IMG/VR virus record: IMGVR_UViG_3300020048_000009
Span: 1 to 64,000 of that record
DNA: 64,000 bases
Source: a virus
Taxonomy: Duplodnaviria; Caudoviricetes
Reading direction: 5' to 3' (one strand)
How positions within the stretch are numbered: position 1 is the first letter of the stretch; each line of letters begins with the position of its first letter. The notes under the pieces are model-generated. The model ran no database searches, had not been told where the DNA came from, and saw only the letters and a list, made by a program, of their open reading frames with translations. The position numbers were made by a program, and so were the translations under genes. This document shows, one piece after another, positions 30,733 through 40,313 of the stretch.

Positions 30733-32032
30733 TAGAAAAACGTGGAAAAAAGGAATAACTTATACTCATGTTATTCCTGAAAAAAAGAATAGAATTATTG
30801 GCTTAAGCTTTCCTAAACAGGATAAGAATTTAGGATTAGAACCATCTATTTTAACAGTATTACCTGATGGTGATAATGTAGAATATTCATATGATAATAT
30901 AGACTTTGATGATTCTGATGTTTTATATTATGCATGTTCTGTTTATATTTCAGGATATAATGAATTTAAAGAATGGTCCAATAGACACAATAAAAATAAA
31001 ATTATTGTTGGTGGTTATCACCCTACAACATTCCCAGAACAATTTGTAAATTTTGCAAATAAAATAGTAATTGGGATGTGTGATAATTTCTATGAAACCA
31101 TTAAGCAAGAAGGACAAATTGTAAACGGTATAGTTGATTATAATAAAATTCCAAGATATGATTTATATGATATTAAATATAACCAACAAGTTATACCCAA
31201 TAAAAAACAAAACGAATTATGCACATCCATAAATACATCATATGGTTGTCCGTTTAAATGTGATTTTTGTTGCAGTCCATTAATGTGTCCGACATTAATG
31301 AGTAAACCTATTAGTTTAATAGAAAAAGAAATACAATACATAAAAAATAGATATAGTGATAATTTGCCTTCTTATATTTTTATTAGAGATGAAAATTTTC
31401 CGTTACAACCCGACTGGAAAGAGCGTCTAATTGCCGTTGAGAAACTAGGAGCTAAAATATATTTATTTGCATCTGCTAATCTATTAAAAGAAGAAGATGT
31501 TAAATTCATGTCAGAACATAATGTATATATGATTTGTTTAGGTTTAGAAGATATTACAGTTACATATGCTAAAAATGTTAAACTAATAGAAGTTTGTAAA
31601 CTATTAAAGAAATATAAAATTTATATTTATCTATCTTTTATTGTTAATCCTTTAAAGATAATAGGACAAGAAGCGGCTATAAATTTTTATACTTTATTAT
31701 TCGATAGAATAAATGAAATATGTCCTGAAATGATTTGTGGTAATTTCTTAATGCCATTCAGGGGTACAAAGGTTTGGGATGAATATTACGCTTTTGTATC
31801 AGAAGAAGATTATAATAGTTATGATAGTAAATCCGCCTTCCTAATAAAAAATAAAGTACTGAGGCAGAAAATGGAATTTTTTATGTTTTGGTATCAATAT
31901 AAATATTATCTATCTGATGAATATAAGAACGTACGTGACTTTAATTGTAATGATATGTTACAGTTACGATTTATAGAACTATACGATAAACTTATGCCGA
32001 AGTATAATGCAATAAAAAATACAAGGTGTTAG
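30716..32032 (+). CDS. Radical SAM enzyme with degenerate B12-binding-like N-terminus
   Basis: CxxxCxxC motif GCPFKCDFC, upstream IIVGGYHPT, IRDENF, LGLE. Confidence 0.85.
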   Translation: MQPLDDRKTWKKGITYTHVIPEKKNRIIGLSFPKQDKNLGLEPSILTVLPDGDNVEYSYDNIDFDDSDVLYYACSVYISGYNEFKEWSNRHNKNKIIVGGYHPTTFPEQFVNFANKIVIGMCDNFYETIKQEGQIVNGIVDYNKIPRYDLYDIKYNQQVIPNKKQNELCTSINTSYGCPFKCDFCCSPLMCPTLMSKPISLIEKEIQYIKNRYSDNLPSYIFIRDENFPLQPDWKERLIAVEKLGAKIYLFASANLLKEEDVKFMSEHNVYMICLGLEDITVTYAKNVKLIEVCKLLKKYKIYIYLSFIVNPLKIIGQEAAINFYTLLFDRINEICPEMICGNFLMPFRGTKVWDEYYAFVSEEDYNSYDSKSAFLIKNKVLRQKMEFFMFWYQYKYYLSDEYKNVRDFNCNDMLQLRFIELYDKLMPKYNAIKNTRC

Positions 32033-32068
32033 GTGTACTTATATACCATATGAGCATACAATATTAAT

Positions 32069-33361
32069 ATGAAAATTTACAAAATTGGCGGATGTGTTAG
32101 AGATAAATTAATGAGTAGAGTACCACATGATATTGATTATTGTGTGGTTGGTTCTACTATTGATGAAATGTTATCATTAGGTTTTAAACAAGTCGGTAAA
32201 GATTTTCCTGTTTTTTTACATCCTAAAACAGGCGATGAATACGCATTAGCTAGAACAGAAAGAAAAACAGGGAATAAACATACTGATTTTGCTTTTGATT
32301 TTGGTAAAAATATTAATATTGAAGATGATTGTTTTCGTAGAGATTTTACTATGAATTCTATTGCTGAAGATATTACAAATTCTACTATTATTGATATGTT
32401 CGGCGGACAAAATGATATTAATAATAAAATAGTTAGACATATTAATGCTCAATATTTTATACAAGATCCTTTACGGATTTTAAGGGCTTTACGTTTTTGT
32501 GTAACATTAAATTTTAACTTAGCTCCTGAAACTAAAATTTTATTAAAAATTATGGTTAAAGATGGAATGTTAAAAGATTTAACACCTGAAAGAATATGGA
32601 ATGAAATTGATAAAGCTTTGCAGTGTAAAAACTTTTATACTTTCATAACTCTATTAGATGAAATTGGTGGGTTACCTGATATTTTTCCAGAATTAGAACA
32701 TTTAAAATATGTACCAGAGCGTGATGATTATCATGGTGAAAAAAATACATTTAATCATATTCTTTTAACATTAATACATTTAAACAATAAATTTAATAAT
32801 ATCGGTGAAATTAAATATTTAAATTTTGGGCTTTTAGCTCATGATTTAGGTAAAATATTAACACCTATCGCAGACTGGCCATCACATCCAAGTCATGAAG
32901 ATTCTGGTGTGAGTGTTATTGAAAAATTATGTACACGTTTAAAAGTTCCTAATGATTATAAGAAGTTTGCAATATTAGCTTGTAAATATCATATGAAAAT
33001 TTCTAAATATTTTGATATGAATATTAGTAAACGGTATAATTTTATTACAGATGTAACTAATAATTTTAGAGATAAAAGTAATTTGTCATACATTTTTTCT
33101 ATATATTTTTATGATAAGGTTGGTCGTTTAAATTTTAATTTTGATTATACAGATTTTGCGGACAAAATGGCAAATGCGTATGAAATGTTTGATGTTATTT
33201 CTAGGACAAGTGCTGATATGTTCCCAGAATTATTAAAATTTAAAGGATCACAGTTTGGAAAATTATACAGAGATAAACGTATTGAATTTTACAGAAAACA
33301 AATAAAAAAGTATAAGGATAATGACAATGCTTCTAACACGCAGGATATTCGAGACGAATAA
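32069..33361 (+). CDS. cca: CCA-adding tRNA nucleotidyltransferase with HD domain
   Basis: IGGCVRD, DIDY, GKDFPVF, EYALARTE, RRDFTMN, DPLRILR, ERIW.E, HDLGK. Confidence 0.92.
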   Translation: MKIYKIGGCVRDKLMSRVPHDIDYCVVGSTIDEMLSLGFKQVGKDFPVFLHPKTGDEYALARTERKTGNKHTDFAFDFGKNINIEDDCFRRDFTMNSIAEDITNSTIIDMFGGQNDINNKIVRHINAQYFIQDPLRILRALRFCVTLNFNLAPETKILLKIMVKDGMLKDLTPERIWNEIDKALQCKNFYTFITLLDEIGGLPDIFPELEHLKYVPERDDYHGEKNTFNHILLTLIHLNNKFNNIGEIKYLNFGLLAHDLGKILTPIADWPSHPSHEDSGVSVIEKLCTRLKVPNDYKKFAILACKYHMKISKYFDMNISKRYNFITDVTNNFRDKSNLSYIFSIYFYDKVGRLNFNFDYTDFADKMANAYEMFDVISRTSADMFPELLKFKGSQFGKLYRDKRIEFYRKQIKKYKDNDNASNTQDIRDE

Positions 33362-33680
33362 TATATTAATGTATAACATCAAGAAAGAAAGTGAAAGCTT
33401 TCTTGATGTTTTTCTAAAACTTAAAGATTCATATAATTTTACAGTTGCAGATTTTATTGTATTATTAGAAACTCATTTACTAATGAAAAACTATTCTAAT
33501 AAAAAAATTAAAAAGTTTTTTGATATAATAAATAAAAATACACAGTCTTATATTAATAATCTAATAGAAGTTGAAAAAGAACTTGTTAATACTGAACTAG
33601 GTCGGAAAAAAGAAATTAACGAATTAATCAAAAAAGAAAAAGAATTGGAAAAATTAGATAATGAAGAAGAAAATAACTGA
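33321..33680 (+). CDS. Hypothetical protein
   Basis: Open frame in gene-dense run. Confidence 0.5.
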   Translation: MTMLLTRRIFETNNILMYNIKKESESFLDVFLKLKDSYNFTVADFIVLLETHLLMKNYSNKKIKKFFDIINKNTQSYINNLIEVEKELVNTELGRKKEINELIKKEKELEKLDNEEENN

Positions 33681-33870
33681 AGAAGTTGGGATGACTACAG
33701 GTATTGTTACAGGTGGCAATACTGATGTTAACACAAATGGTATACTTGGACCTGGCAATTTCCAAATTCCTGGTGGTAAAAAACCCAAAGTTCTTAAACG
33801 TAAAGCTTTTGAATCTTCATATAAAAATATATGTGAAGGTATTAAAAAGAAAGTTATCAAGCCGGTATAA
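33661..33870 (+). CDS. Hypothetical protein
   Basis: Short ORF beginning MKKKITEE; Gly/Pro-rich. Confidence 0.5.
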   Translation: MKKKITEEVGMTTGIVTGGNTDVNTNGILGPGNFQIPGGKKPKVLKRKAFESSYKNICEGIKKKVIKPV

Positions 33871-33899
33871 TTTAAGTAATAAGTATAAGGAAAAGTAAC

Positions 33900-34073
33900 A
33901 TGGGTAAAATATTAGAAGATTTCACAAAAGAAAATAATATTAAAATAGAAGTTTCAGATTCTATATACCAAGATATGGAAAAATATCATGGTATGTCGCC
34001 TGATAAAATAGACGCCATACTTGTTGAAATGGCAAAAAACACACAAAAGGATGAAGTAACATGTCAAAAGTAA
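33900..34073 (+). CDS. Small hypothetical protein (57 aa, not in the ORF track)
   Basis: AAGGA RBS then ATG; MGKILEDFTK...QK; fills the gap and overlaps the next start. Confidence 0.45.
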   Translation: MGKILEDFTKENNIKIEVSDSIYQDMEKYHGMSPDKIDAILVEMAKNTQKDEVTCQK

Positions 34074-34615
34074 TAACGTATTCAGAAAAAGAAACAGACC
34101 TTAAAACACTAGCCGTTAAAAAAGGTAAACTTGGAAAAAAAAGATATTATATTCCACAAGAAACTGACGAGCTCGTAGTTTTATTTAAAGAACAGCTTAA
34201 TTTAATTAATGATAAAGCATTAGTAGATACACATAATATAAAATTCCAAGTCAATTATATATATCCAGCGATTAGTAAAACAGTATGGGCTCATATTTTT
34301 AAAGTAACGCCTTATATGAAGATGTTTACTGATCTTGATTATGTCGTAGAAGTAAGCGGTGATATTTGGGAAATGATTGATGATGAAATGAAAAAAATCC
34401 TCTTAGAGCATGAACTTGATCATGTCTGTATTACTGAAAAAGATGATGGAACACCTGTTTTAAAAACATTAAAGCACGATGTTCAAGACTTTAGAAGTAT
34501 TATTAGAAAATATGGCATAGATTGGACTGTTAAGAAAGACCTTATATCTGAACAGTATAAAGAGATTTTGCATGAGCGTAAGCAACAGGAAAAAATTGAT
34601 AGCAAAAAGGCTTAA
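34061..34615 (+). CDS. Putative phage metallopeptidase
   Basis: LLEHELDH (HExxH) then KHDVQDF..II..YG. Confidence 0.75.
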   Translation: MSKVITYSEKETDLKTLAVKKGKLGKKRYYIPQETDELVVLFKEQLNLINDKALVDTHNIKFQVNYIYPAISKTVWAHIFKVTPYMKMFTDLDYVVEVSGDIWEMIDDEMKKILLEHELDHVCITEKDDGTPVLKTLKHDVQDFRSIIRKYGIDWTVKKDLISEQYKEILHERKQQEKIDSKKA

Positions 34616-34621
34616 TATAAA

Positions 34622-35218
34622 ATGTCAATTGAATCAATAACTCCAACTAATTTTTCCGGCCTTTTTATTATCACGAATGAAATATTTCGTGATAATAGAG
34701 GCGTTTTTATTCAAAATTTTCAAAAAGAAGATTTTGATGAAAAACTATCAAAATATACAGATAAAAAATATGAGTTTGTCCAAGACAATATTTCCGTTTC
34801 CGCTGATAACGTTGTCAGAGGTTTACATTATCAGTTAAAGAAACCTCAAGCAAAATTGGTATCTGTTTTAAATGGTTCTATTATCGATGTTGTAGTTGAT
34901 ATTAGAAAAGACTCAAAAACTTTTGGCAAATATTTTATCTATCAATTATATGCTGGCAGTGCAGAGCAGATATTGATACCTGAAGGTTTTGCACATGGTT
35001 TTAGGTCTTTATATGATAATACAATTGTTTCATATAAAACAACCAACCCTTATTGCAATGGTGATGAATATGGCATCATTTATAATGATCCACATTTAAA
35101 TATTGATTGGACGCTTAGCGACACATATCCTATGTGTGATGGTGATAAATTTATAGTTTCTCCTAAAGATTTATCTTATAATGAATTAATATTCACTGAA
35201 CCCTCTAAATTGTTTTAA
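34622..35218 (+). CDS. rmlC: dTDP-4-dehydrorhamnose 3,5-epimerase
   Basis: DNRG.F, FVQDN.S.S, RGLHYQ, QAKLV.V, DIR..S.TFG, GFAHGF. Confidence 0.92.
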   Translation: MSIESITPTNFSGLFIITNEIFRDNRGVFIQNFQKEDFDEKLSKYTDKKYEFVQDNISVSADNVVRGLHYQLKKPQAKLVSVLNGSIIDVVVDIRKDSKTFGKYFIYQLYAGSAEQILIPEGFAHGFRSLYDNTIVSYKTTNPYCNGDEYGIIYNDPHLNIDWTLSDTYPMCDGDKFIVSPKDLSYNELIFTEPSKLF

Positions 35219-35220
35219 TT

Positions 35221-35643
35221 ATGAATACTAAAGAAAATATAAAAGAATATAAAGTTCTAGAAAATGGCGATGAGCTAATTATTGATAATAATTTTAGATA
35301 CCATTTGTTTAGAAATGAAGAAGAATTGACTAAAGGTATTGAAGCTTTAAAAGCTCAATCATATCACAATAATTATTGGAAATATAGAGATCTTAATAAT
35401 TTTGAACATTTATTTGATACAAATGGCATAGAATTGACTAAAGACATTAAAACAATGTGGGTTGAAGCATATGCTAATGGGTATTGGAAATACATGACAA
35501 AAGAGGGATTTTGGCAATTATGTAATGATAAGAACGTATGTATTACTAAAGATCCTAGTATTTTCTCAATTACAGTGTTTCCAAATGGAGATTGGGAATA
35601 TAAATTAACAGAATGGGCCATTCCAATATATGTAAGGAAATGA
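35221..35643 (+). CDS. Hypothetical protein with short internal repeats
   Basis: Recurring NGxW.Y units. Confidence 0.6.
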   Translation: MNTKENIKEYKVLENGDELIIDNNFRYHLFRNEEELTKGIEALKAQSYHNNYWKYRDLNNFEHLFDTNGIELTKDIKTMWVEAYANGYWKYMTKEGFWQLCNDKNVCITKDPSIFSITVFPNGDWEYKLTEWAIPIYVRK

Positions 35644-35668
35644 TAATTTATTTTAATAAATAAATTAT

Positions 35669-36109
35669 ATGATAAAAGAAAAATCCTTATATAAAAAAAA
35701 TAAATTTCATATAGATTTCTGTAACATCGATATTATATTCTATATTATAGAAGAACAAAATTTTTTAGATTTTATACAAACGCAAAAAATTAATAATATC
35801 CTAATAAAAGAATATCTTAATGACACTGATACTCCTGATGAAATGAAGTCAGGAGCAGTTATAAATGCTAATAATACGTTGTATATATTAATAACTGCCT
35901 TTAAAGGTGAGTATCTTGATATAATGAATACTATTATTCATGAGTCTACGCATGCAACACAGGAAATTTTTAGAATAATAGGTAATGATAAGGTAACCGA
36001 AGATTTAGCTGAATCTTTTGCATATTTAAATAGTTATATTGCTACTAAGATTTTAAAAACTATTTTCAAAAAAGATTCTAAGGATAAACGGTTTTATATT
36101 AAAATCTAA
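35669..36109 (+). CDS. Hypothetical protein with HExxH motif
   Basis: TIIHESTHA...E..AY. Confidence 0.6.
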   Translation: MIKEKSLYKKNKFHIDFCNIDIIFYIIEEQNFLDFIQTQKINNILIKEYLNDTDTPDEMKSGAVINANNTLYILITAFKGEYLDIMNTIIHESTHATQEIFRIIGNDKVTEDLAESFAYLNSYIATKILKTIFKKDSKDKRFYIKI

Positions 36110-36136
36110 TAAATAATATAAAAATTATCTATAAAT

Positions 36137-37183
36137 ATGCCATATAAAACCTCAAACGGCCTTTGGAAATGGGGCAATCTAGAAAAATCGTCAAAACAAG
36201 AGTTATGTCGATTAGTTTATGGTATTTGGAAAAAACAAGGTTCTGAAGGTAGTTTTTCAAAGTTTTGGCAAAGGGGTAAAGTATTAGAATCAATTTATGA
36301 TAATGTTTTAGATTCTATAAATGAATCAAGAGTTGATTTCGCTGAAAAAAAATTAAACCCTGATATTTGGTATAAAGAAGATGATCAATTTTTTCTTAAA
36401 CAAAATATTAAAGATGAATTGTTAAAGATTAAAGATAAATTTGAAAATATTTCTAAATATACAGTTGAAAGTATTCGTTTGGTTGGAAGTAATACATCAA
36501 CTCAATATAAAAAAGATAGTGACCTTGATTTTCATATAACAATAAATACTACCAGTTTAAAAGAAATTGAAAAATGCAGAAAATTAATTGTAGATAATAT
36601 TAAGGGTAAATATTACTATAAAAAATATCCATATGAAATTTATGTGCAAGAAAATATCTTTCAAGACTTAGCCAGTATAGGATGTTATGATGTACTCAAT
36701 GATACGTGGCTGGTTGGTCCGGATCTAGTCCCAAACTCGTTCAACCCATATATAGAGTTCATTGATATATTCAGCAAGGTGGAAGCAACCTGTAGCGAGT
36801 GTGATATCGAAATTGGAAAGCTGAAAAGAACAATTCAAGATTACAAAGCATTAAAAGAAGGTTTATCTAAAATAAGTTCTAATAAAAAAACAGAACTAAA
36901 AAAATTATTAGATAAAAAATTAAAGGATATTTTTGATACTGTTGATACTTTAACAGAATTAAAAGCTGAAATACGAGATGATAGAAAAGTTTCATCTACG
37001 CCTAAATCTGAAGCGGATGCAAAAAAATTAAGAAAAAATAAACAATGGCAAAAAGCAGATGCATCATTTAAAATGATTGCCAAATATGGTTATTTACAAT
37101 TAATTTCAGATTTAGAAATAATAAAAGATTCTAAAACAAGATTTTTAGATCGTGACATAAAAGACATTGAAAAAATAGTATAA
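36137..37183 (+). CDS. Pol-beta-superfamily nucleotidyltransferase
   Basis: LVGS...QY..DSDLDFH, later YEIYVQ and G.YDVLND.WL. Confidence 0.75.
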   Translation: MPYKTSNGLWKWGNLEKSSKQELCRLVYGIWKKQGSEGSFSKFWQRGKVLESIYDNVLDSINESRVDFAEKKLNPDIWYKEDDQFFLKQNIKDELLKIKDKFENISKYTVESIRLVGSNTSTQYKKDSDLDFHITINTTSLKEIEKCRKLIVDNIKGKYYYKKYPYEIYVQENIFQDLASIGCYDVLNDTWLVGPDLVPNSFNPYIEFIDIFSKVEATCSECDIEIGKLKRTIQDYKALKEGLSKISSNKKTELKKLLDKKLKDIFDTVDTLTELKAEIRDDRKVSSTPKSEADAKKLRKNKQWQKADASFKMIAKYGYLQLISDLEIIKDSKTRFLDRDIKDIEKIV

Positions 37184-37228
37184 CATTTTGTTCGAAAAGT
37201 ATAATGGATATACGTATAATTTTTTATA

Positions 37229-39136
37229 ATGTCAACACAAAATCAAAATAATATCGAAAAACCGGATTTAACTAATGTTTATCCAGGGTATAGAAATATC
37301 TCTTACCATGTTACTAATGGTAAAGGTGAAATTGTATTGGATGGATGGGATAAAGATAAAGTTCCTAAAACTTTTTATTTTCCACATTTAAGCAAAGTTG
37401 TATATGAAACAAAAGAAAAAACAGATACAAAAACATTATTTGATACATACGCACAAACTAGATATTTTAATAATAGTTACGAGCGAAAAAAATGGTTAGC
37501 GTCTATTGATAAAAATATTAATATCATTGAGGCGTTTAAACCTGAACAAGAATTTTTAGTTGATAACTTTTACGATAAAGTTTATGATAATGATTTTAAC
37601 GTTTTAGATTTACGTACACATTTCATAGATATTGAAGTTGCAATAGAAACGGAATTCTGTAAACCTACAGAAGCCAAATATCCTATTAATATTATAACGG
37701 TATATGATACATACTTAAAGAAATATTATAGTTGGGCATTGGATATGTCCATCACTAATACTATTGCAAATAAAAATATAGAATTAAGAAAATTTAATTC
37801 TGAACAGATTATGTTGCGTGATTTTATTGAATGGTTTTCTGTTAATAGACCTGATATTATTTCTGGTTGGAATATTTATTTTTTCGATATGCCGTATTTA
37901 CTTAAAAGAGTTGAGAATGTTTTAGGTAAAACATATTGTGAAAAGTTTTCATCAATTAAGCGTTATTGGTTCGCAGAGAAAAAAGACAAATTCAATAGTG
38001 CATATGTTAATATTCCCGGTGTTTCACAATTAGACTTATTAATATTGTATAGAGATAAGTTTAAAGTTAATCCTTCATTGGATGGCGGCTATAACTTAGA
38101 CAATGTTGCATTTGAAGAATTAGGTGAAAATAAAATAAAATATGAAGGTTCAATGCGTAATTTTTATAAGAATAATTTTCAAAGATTTTGGGAATATAAT
38201 ATAAAAGACGTTGAACTTTGTGTTAAAATTGAAGCCAAAAGATCACTAATTCCTTGTGCTAGACGTATTACTACTCTTGGTTTATGTCAATACGAACAAA
38301 TTTATGGTTCTATTAATTATATTATAGGCTCGGTTTGTATTTATTCTAAAAATCATCATAATAAAATTTTTAGATCTTATACTGATTATGATAATATTGG
38401 TGAAGAGTTTGAGGGTGCATACGTATTCCCAACAATGGCAGCGTTTTATAAAAATGGATGTGCATGTATTGACGTAAACTCACTATATCCCAATACAATG
38501 ATAGCTTTAAATCTATCGCCAGAAACCAAAATTGGGCAACTAATAGATAATCTAAATGGTACTTTTAATATTGTATTAGATGATGGTACTATAAAAATTA
38601 TTACAGCAGAGGTAAGAGCTAAATTATTAGAAACCAAATGTATTTTAAGTAAGAACGATACTTTATTTTATAAGCATTCTGTTAAAAAAGGTATTCTATC
38701 TGGTTGGTGTAAATATTATTTTGATAGACGTAAACATTATCAAAAGTTAGCAAAAGCCGCGGGTAAAAAAATAGAAGAACTTGAAAATCAATTAGTTATT
38801 AAAAAGCAAGAAGGTTCAGACTATAGTGCTATTGATAAAGAATTAGCAGAACAAATTAAATATAAAATGATTTATCATACTACACAGTATGCTATTAAAA
38901 TCATGTTAAACAGTGCATATGGTATGACAGGTACTAAATTTAGTCCTATTTATGATATAAATTTAGCACAAAGTATTACTTTAAATGGACAATTTGTAAA
39001 TAAATCTGTTGCAACATATCTTAAAAAGAAGTTTAATGAAAAATATAAATGTTCTGAAGATTTTGAAGTTACAATTAGCGGTGATACTGACAGTGTAGCA
39101 GGTGATACAATTTTAAATATAAGAATAGGTAAATAA
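37229..39136 (+). CDS. Family-B DNA polymerase, N-terminal part (exonuclease to motif C) ending in an intein N-fragment
   Basis: Exo I DIE, Exo II SGWN...FD..Y, Exo III YNIKDV; motif A DVNSLYP, motif B KIMLNSAYG, motif C GDTD then stop 14 aa later. Confidence 0.9.
   Translation: MSTQNQNNIEKPDLTNVYPGYRNISYHVTNGKGEIVLDGWDKDKVPKTFYFPHLSKVVYETKEKTDTKTLFDTYAQTRYFNNSYERKKWLASIDKNINIIEAFKPEQEFLVDNFYDKVYDNDFNVLDLRTHFIDIEVAIETEFCKPTEAKYPINIITVYDTYLKKYYSWALDMSITNTIANKNIELRKFNSEQIMLRDFIEWFSVNRPDIISGWNIYFFDMPYLLKRVENVLGKTYCEKFSSIKRYWFAEKKDKFNSAYVNIPGVSQLDLLILYRDKFKVNPSLDGGYNLDNVAFEELGENKIKYEGSMRNFYKNNFQRFWEYNIKDVELCVKIEAKRSLIPCARRITTLGLCQYEQIYGSINYIIGSVCIYSKNHHNKIFRSYTDYDNIGEEFEGAYVFPTMAAFYKNGCACIDVNSLYPNTMIALNLSPETKIGQLIDNLNGTFNIVLDDGTIKIITAEVRAKLLETKCILSKNDTLFYKHSVKKGILSGWCKYYFDRRKHYQKLAKAAGKKIEELENQLVIKKQEGSDYSAIDKELAEQIKYKMIYHTTQYAIKIMLNSAYGMTGTKFSPIYDINLAQSITLNGQFVNKSVATYLKKKFNEKYKCSEDFEVTISGDTDSVAGDTILNIRIGK
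39092..39133 (+). mobile_element. Putative split-intein N-fragment (14 aa, SVAGDTILNIRIGK)
   Basis: Follows DTD at the Pol-c intein site and matches intein block A (SVxGDTxI); ORF stops immediately after. Confidence 0.75.
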
Positions 39137-39138
39137 AT

Positions 39139-39348
39139 ATGAATAATGATAAAGCTCAAAAAATTTATACAATAAAAAGCGTTAACAATAAAAGCGTTAT
39201 TGTTTATGTAAATGGCGGTCAATATATAACTACAATAAGGCATGACCATACACAGGCTCTTATAAATGATACAGTTATTACTATAACTACTCCTAGAGGA
39301 AAAACAGTTCAATATTCAGTTTATGGTGCCTTTTTACGACAATTTTAA
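39139..39348 (+). CDS. Hypothetical protein
   Basis: 69 aa ORF directly after polB fragment; no intein or polymerase motifs. Confidence 0.55.
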   Translation: MNNDKAQKIYTIKSVNNKSVIVYVNGGQYITTIRHDHTQALINDTVITITTPRGKTVQYSVYGAFLRQF

Positions 39349-39380
39349 TAAATAAAATAAAACATATAAAAGGTTGAATT

Positions 39381-39725
39381 ATGTCTGAAAGAATGTTTGT
39401 TACTGGATTTACGGGTGTTTATAACACTAATGATAATATATTATCTGCAGTTGTTAATAATATTAAAACTATTGCGGGAAGCGCTATTATCCCCACAAGC
39501 GCTAATATCGGATGTTTAATTAAAGGTTTTTCGGCTGCATCTAGTGGCGATTTTTTATTAAAATTATCAGATTATTCTACTATAAAAGCAACTGTTGATG
39601 ATGGTGTTTATTCTGTAGATGTTGGCTTATATACAGATAATATAAGCGTTCCTATTGATCAATTAACACTATTAACTGGAAATAATCTTACCCTAGATTT
39701 TAATGTATATTATATCCCACTATAA
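39381..39725 (+). CDS. Hypothetical protein
   Basis: Open frame, beta-rich. Confidence 0.55.
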   Translation: MSERMFVTGFTGVYNTNDNILSAVVNNIKTIAGSAIIPTSANIGCLIKGFSAASSGDFLLKLSDYSTIKATVDDGVYSVDVGLYTDNISVPIDQLTLLTGNNLTLDFNVYYIPL

Positions 39726-39731
39726 GATATA

Positions 39732-40217
39732 TTAAAGATTTTTTAAATCCTTATCGGTTATAATTACAAAATTATAACCTTTTTCTTTTGCCATTTTTTT
39801 AGCGGCTGTCCATTTTGACATATTTTTAATATATGCCTGAGATTCTAGGATTTTAGTGGGAGCCATTGTAACGTTAACATCATTTTTTGATTTAACTTCT
39901 ATCCAAACCTTTTGTGTACCATTTTGGGTTTTTATTGTCGCAACAAAATCAATATAATATTTTCGCTTAATGGGTTGTGCTCCACGATCTAATAACAACG
40001 GGCTCTTGTCCCAATATTCTATTGCAAAAGGTTCATAACTCCAATTTATAACATTTTGGTTATTATCTAAATATACCATTGTTTTTAATTCAAGTTTTGA
40101 TTTATAATGAGGTAATGCGTTACTTTTATATTTTTCTTTATTCCTAGGACTATATACACCGTGTAATGATTTATATTTACCTGATTTTTTTAAATTATTT
40201 AATGATACAAACCCCAT
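39732..40217 (-). CDS. Head completion nuclease, T4 gp4/TnsA-like
   Basis: G.Y.P.N..KY, YKSKLE, W.YEP..I.Y, YYIDF, IEVK, KW.AA, F.IIT. Confidence 0.82.
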   Translation of the reverse strand: MGFVSLNNLKKSGKYKSLHGVYSPRNKEKYKSNALPHYKSKLELKTMVYLDNNQNVINWSYEPFAIEYWDKSPLLLDRGAQPIKRKYYIDFVATIKTQNGTQKVWIEVKSKNDVNVTMAPTKILESQAYIKNMSKWTAAKKMAKEKGYNFVIITDKDLKNL

Positions 40218-40313
40218 AATTAAGTCCTTTTACATATAAAAACATACAAACATTTTAAATTATTTATTAAAAAATGTAAAATTTAAATATAAAAATAGAA
40301 CGTAAAAGGATTT

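Noticed and set aside
39137-39725. Group I/II intron or the missing polymerase half after polB
   Set aside because: The following ORFs have no intein, homing endonuclease, maturase or polymerase motifs, and I saw no intron core pairing
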